Shown one piece after another: positions 56,601-64,000 of a stretch of 64,000 nt of DNA. Each line of letters opens with the position of its first letter. Within the stretch, counting starts at the first letter, position 1. Source of the DNA: an uncultured Spirochaetota bacterium (lineage in GTDB: Bacteria > Spirochaetota > Brevinematia > Brevinematales > JAOACQ01); the NCBI GenBank assembly GCA_963768055.1, contig CAVYGN010000002.1, positions 1,376,001 through 1,440,000 on the forward strand, written 5' to 3'. The notes under the pieces were generated by a model. The model was given only the letters and a program-made list of their open reading frames with translations, did not search any database and had not been told where the DNA came from. A program made the position numbers and the translations under genes.

Positions 56601-57312
56601 ATTGCTTTATCATGGATAAAGAGTTTATCTTCCTGTCATAGTTGGAAGATATTAACAGTGAGATCAAATCCAGTAGATTTATTATGACCGACCGTGAAAT
56701 CTTTTTATCGTCCATAAATGCAAGATCCGGGCTGGCGGCTATGTCTTTAATAAGCCTTATGGAGCCGTTTCCCAGTTTGAAACCGGATTTCTCAATATCT
56801 GTCTTGAAGATAGAATAATCATCTGGAATCTTAAAACCGGGGAGAAGGCCTTCAGCCTCCAGGAGTTTAATAATAAAGTAAATAGAGTATTTTTCCGCGC
56901 TCCCGTTGTCGTTTAAGCGAACCATGGTTTTAAGGAGCAGGTCGAACTGTGCAAATGGTTCTTCCCTCGCAAGCATAATGGTCAGAATTTCGAATATGAA
57001 AAAAACATATGAAAGTGAATGAAAATTTGAAGTGATCCCGTCAAAAGACCTTTCGCAGGACGCTTCTTTTAATGCGGGCAGGGACTCGGGGTTTTTTCTA
57101 CTGCAGACGCCGGAAATAAGTTCGGTTACCAGAAGTGCTTCCCTTCTGGAACTTTTTTCCGCCCCTGAACCGTATGAGACAATATCCAGCAAACCCTTTT
57201 CCCTGTCGATTACTGTAAGTATGGAGCTGCCTTCCCCGAAATCGCGTTTTGTTATAGCAAATCCGTAAAAAGAGAGGTATCTGCTTTCGGTCGGGGGCAT
57301 CGGCTTATTCAA
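56599..57312 (-). CDS. recO: DNA repair protein RecO (divergent)
   Basis: N-terminal G..I.KRDFGE...ILT.....G.....YG pattern, F..KLL..EG..P; typical length. Confidence 0.65.
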   Translation of the reverse strand: MNKPMPPTESRYLSFYGFAITKRDFGEGSSILTVIDREKGLLDIVSYGSGAEKSSRREALLVTELISGVCSRKNPESLPALKEASCERSFDGITSNFHSLSYVFFIFEILTIMLAREEPFAQFDLLLKTMVRLNDNGSAEKYSIYFIIKLLEAEGLLPGFKIPDDYSIFKTDIEKSGFKLGNGSIRLIKDIAASPDLAFMDDKKISRSVIINLLDLISLLISSNYDRKINSLSMIKQ

Positions 57313-57803
57313 GCCTTGTTTTCGTAATTTATTTTTTCAAGGATCTCGTAACCCTTCAGATGTCCCCTCTTATCGAAAAATTCTTTAACTATAGCAAAAT
57401 CGCCGGACCCGACATAATAAATCCTCTTGTACTTACCAAGCTTGGGAGAGTTCTCCCTTGAAAGTTCCCTTAGTACGCAATCGAAATGAGTGAGTTCATC
57501 GGTTACCCTCCTGCGGATGGCTGTGTAATGGTTTCGAATAGGCATTCCGCAAATCCGGCAGATGACATCGCCTGCGGTCGTCTGCAGGGGCTCCTGGTCT
57601 GGCGCCGGCTGCTCGGGAGCCGCCTGCTCGAGAACCTCGGGAAACTCGGATGACGCCGGGGTTTCCCGGGGAGTAGACTCAGGCTCCGGGGATGGGGCGT
57701 CTGCTTCTGTATTAACAATAGATTTCTCATCGGGCTGGTTAATAGAACCTTTTTTATAATTAGGTTTTTGATTGAACCAGTGTTTTTTCTTTTTATTGAA
57801 CAT
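57309..57803 (-). CDS. Conserved hypothetical protein with CxxC...HxxC motif
   Basis: Basic N-terminus, P/E-rich linker, CRICGMPI...HFDCV...YVGSGDFAIV; start after GGAGGA. Confidence 0.65.
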   Translation of the reverse strand: MFNKKKKHWFNQKPNYKKGSINQPDEKSIVNTEADAPSPEPESTPRETPASSEFPEVLEQAAPEQPAPDQEPLQTTAGDVICRICGMPIRNHYTAIRRRVTDELTHFDCVLRELSRENSPKLGKYKRIYYVGSGDFAIVKEFFDKRGHLKGYEILEKINYENKA

Positions 57804-57872
57804 GGGTTTCCTCCGGGTCAATATTTTAAACAATACCGGTGTTTTTGGCAATAATTGGAGGCGAGCATAACC

Positions 57873-58727
57873 TTATTGAATGGTTAAATTCCAATTCTGT
57901 ATTGTCGTAGTGCCCGTTCCTCCCATCACCTCGTTCCCGAATTCTATCGAAGCGATATAAAGGGAACTTGAAACACCCCATTTATTAATCATATCTTTAA
58001 AAATTCCGGAGATGTCGATGCTTCCATTATATAATGGTGACTCGGCGACATAGGCTATGTAAGTCCATGATTCTGAAGTTCCACTCGCCATGTTATCGTT
58101 TGTCCATGCATCGAAAACCGTACCGCTTATATTAATACCCGTGGCCACCAGCTTACCCGCAGGATTGAAACCCGAATGGTCCAGCCAGATCATGATCTCG
58201 TACCGTATGTCAGCGCTTGAAGGCGAGGATGTCGCAGTGACCCAGATGTCGAATGCAAGGTCGTATTTACCCGTATGCGAGGATAATATATTGAAATTTG
58301 CAGTAATGGTTTTACCAGCGCTGATTTGAACGGGGATGCCTGACGGCGTGCCCCACGATCCGCCCCCCCATGGGGAATATCCGTACCCGACTTCGGGGTA
58401 GGCGACAACGGAAGAATCAGAAAGGGGCCAATTCCATGTCCACCCGAAAGTTTTGCCTGTTGCATCGGAAAAAATGCCCTGGCTGTATGATCCGGTGGCT
58501 GCACCGCTATTCCATTCGTTATTTTCAACCCTGAAACTCCCGAGCTGAATTGTCGCGTAAGCAGCTCCAGAATTCTGAGTTGAACTGATCTGCGGGCTGT
58601 AGGATGGACCATTATTAACGCCGCCTCCCCCGCTGTTTCCCCCGTTTCCGGGGTTTAAGTTGCAAGCGGAAAGAGCCATGATGCAGATCAAAGCCGCCGA
58701 CATGCTGATTTTATGCATTAATGTCAC
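57873..58727 (-). CDS. Glycoside hydrolase family 12 lipoprotein (endoglucanase/xyloglucanase)
   Basis: LSAC lipobox, G/N linker; NNEWN, AYP, YDLAFDIW, YEIMIWL (nucleophile), IEFGNE (acid/base). Confidence 0.88.
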   Translation of the reverse strand: MTLMHKISMSAALICIMALSACNLNPGNGGNSGGGGVNNGPSYSPQISSTQNSGAAYATIQLGSFRVENNEWNSGAATGSYSQGIFSDATGKTFGWTWNWPLSDSSVVAYPEVGYGYSPWGGGSWGTPSGIPVQISAGKTITANFNILSSHTGKYDLAFDIWVTATSSPSSADIRYEIMIWLDHSGFNPAGKLVATGINISGTVFDAWTNDNMASGTSESWTYIAYVAESPLYNGSIDISGIFKDMINKWGVSSSLYIASIEFGNEVMGGTGTTTIQNWNLTIQ

Positions 58728-58913
58728 CCCTGTTGGTTAATTCAACCTATATATATACAATATACTAAAAAAAAACACAAACATTTTATCCTAGCCTGGA
58801 ATTAACCACAGATTAAACAGATGGCAAATGAAAAACATCTTAGTCCCCTTTACAGTGAGTTATAATCTCTGTTATAATTTTATATGGATTTCACAATTCG
58901 GGAGGAATTATTC

Positions 58914-60821
58914 ATGCCTAATAGAACAATACCACGGCTTTTTGAGGATAGTACCGAGAGGTTCGGGAAAAATATCCTTATCTGGGAAAAATTAAATAAT
59001 CAATACGAAGGAATGACATATAATGAAATGAGGGAGCGGGTCCGTCATTTCTCTTCAGGGCTCCAGCTTATCGGCCTGGAAAGAAATAACAGGGCTGCAC
59101 TTCTGGCCGAAGGCCGGAATGACTGGGTAATGAGCGAGCTGGCGGTGCTTTATGCCGGGGCTGTCAATGTGCCCCTCTCCGTTAAAATCGACGAACTCTC
59201 CGAACTGAAATTCCGTTTATCACACTCGGAATCCAGGCTTGCAATAGTATCCAAAAGCCAGATATCTAAAATCCGCAAAATTAAAGCAGATCTTCCGGAC
59301 CTGGAATATATTGTTTCACTTGACCCGCTGGAATTTTATGAAACCGATGAATTTTTTGCCGGAAACTTGCTCGAAAGAGGCAGGGAATATTTCAGGGAAC
59401 ATCAGGTACAATTTGAGAAGGTCTGGAAATCCGTGGAAGAAAATGATTATGCCAATATCTGCTATACCTCCGGCACTGTAGCGGACCCGAAGGGCGTTAT
59501 CTTAACTCACCGGAACTACACCGCCAATATCGAGCAGGCTTCGGAACTATTTTACGTCCCGGAATGGTACATATCGCTCTTAATTTTGCCATGGGACCAT
59601 TGTTTTGCCCATACTTGCGGCATTTATGCCCTTATGAAAAATGGCGGAAGCATGGCTTCCGTCAAGCCGGGCTCGACGCCCCTTGAAACTTTAAAAAATA
59701 TTCCGGTCAATATCAGGGAAACCCGTCCGACGTTTTTACTCTCCGTTCCTGCCCTGGCTAAGAGTTTTAAAAAAAACATTGAAAAAGCTATTCATGAAAA
59801 AGGGCCTTTACTTGAGAATCTTTTTTACAGCGCTCTAAATCTGGCTTACAGCTACAACGCCGAGGGGTATAATAAGGGCCGTGGTTTAAAAATACTTGAA
59901 AAGCCGCTTTATTTAATGGCGGATAAACTGATTTTCAGCAGGATCAGGGAAAATTTTGGAGGGAGGCTGAAGTTTTTTTCCGGCGGCGGCGCGCTTCTGG
60001 ATATCGAGCTTCAGCGTTTTTTCTACGCGATAGGCATTCCCATGTACCAGGGCTATGGACTGACGGAATCCTCCCCTGTAATTTCTTCAAATACTCCGGA
60101 TAAGCACAAATTGGGTTCTTCAGGCATAATAGCAAAAAATATCGAGGTTAAAATATGCGATCCGGCGGGAAAAGAGCTTCCGGCCGGAGAAAGCGGTGAA
60201 ATAACCGTCAGGGGCGAAAATATTATGGCAGGCTACTGGAAGAATGAGAAAGCGACGCTGGAAACATTACGCGGCGGCTGGCTTTGGACCGGGGATATGG
60301 GGTATCTTGACGGGGATGGTTTCCTATATGTACTTGGCAGGTATAAAAGCCTTTTGATCGGTAATGACGGTGAAAAATTCAGCCCCGAGGGTATAGAGGA
60401 GACTATTACCGAACATTCTGAATATATTGAGCAGATCATGCTTTATAATAACCAGAATCCCTATACGGTAGCGCTGCTGGTGCCGAATAAAGAAGCGATT
60501 ACAAGATATTTAAAGGATTGCAACCTGACCTGCCTTACCGAGGAAGGCCAGGACAGGGCGCTTCTTCTATTAAAAAGTGAAATCGATAAATACAGGGACG
60601 GAGGGAAGAATGAGGGCCTCTTTCCTGTTAAATGGCTTCCATCGGCTATTGCCGTTCTGGGGGAAGGATTTACAGAACAGAATCATTTTTTAAACAGTAC
60701 TTTGAAAATAGTCAGGGGAAGGATTATCGAGTTTTATAAAAACAGGATTGAATTTCTCTACACTCCCCAGGCAAAGGAAATATGCAATCATTCAAACAGG
60801 ATAATCATAGGGCGAATATAG
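58914..60821 (+). CDS. Long-chain-fatty-acid--CoA ligase
   Basis: YTSGT..DPKGV.LTH, QGYGLTE, TGDMG, GR.K. Confidence 0.9.
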   Translation: MPNRTIPRLFEDSTERFGKNILIWEKLNNQYEGMTYNEMRERVRHFSSGLQLIGLERNNRAALLAEGRNDWVMSELAVLYAGAVNVPLSVKIDELSELKFRLSHSESRLAIVSKSQISKIRKIKADLPDLEYIVSLDPLEFYETDEFFAGNLLERGREYFREHQVQFEKVWKSVEENDYANICYTSGTVADPKGVILTHRNYTANIEQASELFYVPEWYISLLILPWDHCFAHTCGIYALMKNGGSMASVKPGSTPLETLKNIPVNIRETRPTFLLSVPALAKSFKKNIEKAIHEKGPLLENLFYSALNLAYSYNAEGYNKGRGLKILEKPLYLMADKLIFSRIRENFGGRLKFFSGGGALLDIELQRFFYAIGIPMYQGYGLTESSPVISSNTPDKHKLGSSGIIAKNIEVKICDPAGKELPAGESGEITVRGENIMAGYWKNEKATLETLRGGWLWTGDMGYLDGDGFLYVLGRYKSLLIGNDGEKFSPEGIEETITEHSEYIEQIMLYNNQNPYTVALLVPNKEAITRYLKDCNLTCLTEEGQDRALLLLKSEIDKYRDGGKNEGLFPVKWLPSAIAVLGEGFTEQNHFLNSTLKIVRGRIIEFYKNRIEFLYTPQAKEICNHSNRIIIGRI

Positions 60822-60911
60822 GAAAAATTTTATATTAGGGCATTGAGGCAAAAAAATAATTTAATTAATATCTTTTCTATTGACATAATTCCGTTCATGC
60901 CTTATTATAAA

Positions 60912-60926
60912 TGATAATGATTATCA
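60912..60926. promoter_or_regulatory. Fur box (autoregulatory) just after TTGACA(60880)-17 bp-TATTAT promoter
   Basis: Perfect 7-1-7 palindrome TGATAAT-G-ATTATCA. Confidence 0.85.
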
Positions 60927-60954
60927 CTTATGATTTTAAGGAAAAAGATAAATT

Positions 60955-61383
60955 ATGGATACACAGAATATTTTCGATAAGTACCTGAAAAATAAAGGGA
61001 TCCGCCAGAGCGAACAAAGGCAGAAGATACTGGATGTATTTTTAGATGTTGAAAAACATGTGACTATGGCAGATCTTTACGATCTTGTAAGAAAGCGTGA
61101 TAAGAATATCGGGTATGCAACGGTATACCGCGCCATGAAAGTCATTTGCGACAGCGGTTTAGGTAGGGAGGTCGATTTTGGCGACGGAATCATGCGCTTT
61201 GAACACAGCTACGGGCATAAGCACCATGACCATTTGATATGTATTGAATGCGGCAAGGTCATAGAGGCGATGGACCCGGATATTGAAAAATTACAGGAAA
61301 AACTTGCTTATGAACATGGCTTGACGCCTATCAGCCATAACCTTCAGATATTCGGTATCTGCGGCGATTGCTCCGAACGATGA
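60955..61383 (+). CDS. fur: Ferric uptake regulator
   Basis: ATVYR, HHDHLICIECG, C-terminal CGDC. Confidence 0.93.
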   Translation: MDTQNIFDKYLKNKGIRQSEQRQKILDVFLDVEKHVTMADLYDLVRKRDKNIGYATVYRAMKVICDSGLGREVDFGDGIMRFEHSYGHKHHDHLICIECGKVIEAMDPDIEKLQEKLAYEHGLTPISHNLQIFGICGDCSER

Positions 61384-61409
61384 AATGCCGGGAATTTTAT
61401 TATACATGT

Positions 61410-61428
61410 GATAATGATTATCTTTATC
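61410..61428. promoter_or_regulatory. Fur box upstream of feoA
   Basis: GATAATGATTATCTTTATC, 17/19 to GATAATGATAATCATTATC. Confidence 0.85.
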
Positions 61429-61450
61429 ATTAAATAGGAAGTAAGAAAAT

Positions 61451-61693
61451 ATGGAAAAGAGATTGAATGAGCTCATGCCTGGAGAGGAAGCGGTAATTAT
61501 TAAAATTGAAGAAAAATCTACATTCAGGAAAAGGCTGACGGAAATGGGATTAAGAAAAGGCGGCAAGGTATTGATGCGGCGGGATGCGCCTATGGGGGAC
61601 CCTATGGAGATAAATGTGATGGGATATAATATCAGCCTTCGTAAATCCGAAGCAAGGTTTATAATTATCGATAATGTAAGTAACATAGCATAG
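61451..61693 (+). CDS. feoA: Ferrous iron transport protein A
   Basis: RLTEMGL..G, APMGDP, SLRKSEA. Confidence 0.93.
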   Translation: MEKRLNELMPGEEAVIIKIEEKSTFRKRLTEMGLRKGGKVLMRRDAPMGDPMEINVMGYNISLRKSEARFIIIDNVSNIA

Positions 61694-61706
61694 GGCGGAG
61701 CATGCA

Positions 61707-63830
61707 GTGAAAAAGGCGAGAGTCGCGCTTGTGGGTAATCCGAATTGCGGTAAAACAACCTTGTTTAATTTAATGACCGGTTCGCGTCAGCATGTCGGAA
61801 ACTGGCCGGGAGTAACAGTTGAAAAGAAGGAAGGTTCATTAACATATAACGATTATGAAATTGAATTTATAGATTTACCGGGAACATATAGTTTATCCCC
61901 GAATTCGATCGAAGAAAAAATTACCCGGAGTTTTATTGTAGATGAAAAACCCGATATTGTCCTTAATATCATTGACGGAACTACAATTGAACGAAGTATG
62001 TACCTTACAACTCAAATAATCGATGCCGGGGTTCCGTTCATACTTGCGGTCAATATGTTCGACGAGGTCCTGAACAAGGGGCTTGACATCGATCTCAACA
62101 AAATGGAGATTCTGTTAAAAGCGCCGGTTGTCAGGATAATCGCGTCGAAAGAGGAAGGGGCCGTCCCGCTGCTGAAGCTTATAGTCAATATGCTCAATGA
62201 AAATGAATCGAAAAAAACTTCTATCAATTACGGGGAAGAAATCGAACAGGCGATTACCGATATCGAATGCCGCCTGAAATGCGAGGCCAGGCTCTCCGAA
62301 TTATACGATGCCAGGTGGCTTGCCATCCAGATTTTGCAGCAGGACAGGGATATTATTGAAATCGCGCGAGGGGCCGGCAGGTATGAAGAGTGGCGGGGGA
62401 TTGCCGAAAAATATATAAAAGGATTGAGGGACGTTTATAATGAAAATCCCGACGACATTCTTTCAGAGAAGAGATACGGTTTTATTCTCGGGATTATAAG
62501 AGAATGCGTCCGGGTGAGAAAATCCCCGCTCCGCAAAATAGATATGACAGAGACTATCGACTCGATTCTGCTTAACAAATTTTTAAGTTTCCCGGTCTTT
62601 GCCCTTATTCTCTGGCTGACCTTCCAGTTGACATTCCTTGCCGGAGGATTTTTCAGCGTTCTGATCACCAGAGGCACACTTTTGTTTAACGCCTTTGTTC
62701 ATGAGTTCATGCCGGCAGGAATGCTTAAAGACCTTATTACCGACGGAATCATAAGCGGGGTTGGCTCGGTTCTGGCCTTCCTTCCCCAGATAATTATACT
62801 TTTTTTGATCGTTGCCATCCTTGAAGACTCCGGTTATATGGCTCGTGTCGCTTTTATCATGGACAGGATGATGCACCTTCTTGGAGTTCATGGAAAATCT
62901 TTCATTTCATTGTTTATGGGCGTCGGCTGTAATGTGCCGGGAATAATGGCGGCCAGGACCCTTGAGAATGATGACGACAGGAAAGTGACCGTTCTGATAA
63001 ACCCTTTCATGAGTTGTTCGGCCAGGCTGCCCATATATATCCTTATCGCCGGTATGTTTTTCGGCAAAGCGGCAGGTTCGGTGATTTTTTCACTTTATTT
63101 TCTCGGCATACTTATAGCTATAGTAACTGCGAAATTTTTAAAAATATTTTTCTTCCGGAATAAATCGGTGCCTTTTGTAATGGAATTACCGCCCTATCGT
63201 ATGCCGACTTTGAAATCACTCTTTATCCATATGTGGGAGAGAGCATCACAATTTTTAAGGAAAATGGGAGGCGTTATTCTGGTCGGTTCCATTTTGATCT
63301 GGGTTATGGGGTATTTTCCAAGGACCGTAATATTTTCAAATAAAGTAATGGAAAAGGAAATGATAAGACAAACAATTCCCGAAGGAAGAGAAAATGAAAA
63401 ATTATCGAAAGAAATAAATTTAATAAAATCGTCAGAGCAGATCGAAAACAGCTTTATAGGCACTCTCGGTAAAGCAATCGAGCCTTTTTTTAAACCGCTG
63501 GGCTTCAGCTGGAAGGAAGGTGTTGCCCTGATGACGGGAATCATCGGCAAGGAAATAGTTGTCAGCACTGTTTCGGTACTTTACGAAACCGGGGGAAAAG
63601 ATAACACGACATTAAAGCAGAATATGACCTCGCAAGGTATGACGGGGGTTACCGCTTTGGGTTTCCTGGTTTTCGTTCTGCTTTATATACCCTGCCTCGC
63701 GACTATTGCTGCAGTTTTAAGGGAAACAGGTTCCGTCAAATGGACTTTATTCTCTGTTTTATACGGGATCGGGGTAGGTTACCTTCTCAGTTATTCGGTC
63801 AATACTTTCGGGAAAATGATCATTCATTGA
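61707..63830 (+). CDS. feoB: Ferrous iron transport protein B
   Basis: GNPNCGKT, NWPGVTVE, DLPGTYS, EDSGYMAR, GCNVP, SCSARLP, ELPPY, PCLAT. Confidence 0.97.
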   Translation: MKKARVALVGNPNCGKTTLFNLMTGSRQHVGNWPGVTVEKKEGSLTYNDYEIEFIDLPGTYSLSPNSIEEKITRSFIVDEKPDIVLNIIDGTTIERSMYLTTQIIDAGVPFILAVNMFDEVLNKGLDIDLNKMEILLKAPVVRIIASKEEGAVPLLKLIVNMLNENESKKTSINYGEEIEQAITDIECRLKCEARLSELYDARWLAIQILQQDRDIIEIARGAGRYEEWRGIAEKYIKGLRDVYNENPDDILSEKRYGFILGIIRECVRVRKSPLRKIDMTETIDSILLNKFLSFPVFALILWLTFQLTFLAGGFFSVLITRGTLLFNAFVHEFMPAGMLKDLITDGIISGVGSVLAFLPQIIILFLIVAILEDSGYMARVAFIMDRMMHLLGVHGKSFISLFMGVGCNVPGIMAARTLENDDDRKVTVLINPFMSCSARLPIYILIAGMFFGKAAGSVIFSLYFLGILIAIVTAKFLKIFFFRNKSVPFVMELPPYRMPTLKSLFIHMWERASQFLRKMGGVILVGSILIWVMGYFPRTVIFSNKVMEKEMIRQTIPEGRENEKLSKEINLIKSSEQIENSFIGTLGKAIEPFFKPLGFSWKEGVALMTGIIGKEIVVSTVSVLYETGGKDNTTLKQNMTSQGMTGVTALGFLVFVLLYIPCLATIAAVLRETGSVKWTLFSVLYGIGVGYLLSYSVNTFGKMIIH

Positions 63831-63841
63831 CAGGGGGGAAA

Positions 63842-64000
63842 ATGCTGCAGACTATAATTGCGGGTATTATAATTACGGCTGCCGTTATTCTATCGGTAAT
63901 TTATATTATCAGAAGTATAATAAGGATTAAAAATAAGGATAAGGAATGCGGCTGCTGCGACCAGAAGAAAACAACCGTTTGCAGGGATAACCGTATAAAA
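63842..64000 (+). CDS. FeoB-associated Cys-rich membrane protein (runs off window end)
   Basis: MLQTIIAGIIITAAVILSVIYIIRSIIRIKNKDKECGCCDQKKTTVC...; purine-rich RBS; absent from the ORF track. Confidence 0.75.
   Translation, partial: MLQTIIAGIIITAAVILSVIYIIRSIIRIKNKDKECGCCDQKKTTVCRDNRIK

Overview
Chromosomal window from a diderm bacterium (probably a spirochaete; this is inferred from the many lipoproteins and beta-barrel proteins, a stand-alone ParB-N protein and a spirochaete-type hypothetical next to recO). No rRNA, tRNA, CRISPR array, prophage or intact transposase was seen. Housekeeping genes include ilvD, argD, hisS, aroF, tyrA, aroE, rpiB, pncC, prmC, sua5, tsaD, rsmA, deaD, thiH and recO. 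There is a xylose cluster (xylA, xylR, ABC transporter, candidate XylR operators), a kdpABC operon ending in a kinase-less kdpD, and a fur-feoA-feoB operon with two Fur boxes. The most interesting region is about 24.5-35.8 kb. It holds a NodU/CmcH carbamoyltransferase, an SxtJ-like membrane protein and an unannotated 52-aa membrane peptide ending in FIYSLF, which matches the FIYxxF acyl-shuttle motif of DltX/AlgI/PatA. Two membrane-anchored SGNH paralogues flank a major outer-membrane protein nearby. Together these suggest an MBOAT-free carbamoyl-shuttle pathway for modifying the envelope. Other highlights are a leader-peptide attenuator in front of a metal-site-degenerate MBL-fold gene, three families of small structured intergenic repeats, a structured kdpA leader, and a doubly deleted DegT aminotransferase relic still coupled to tsaD. 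All product calls come from motifs recognised by eye; no database searches were run.
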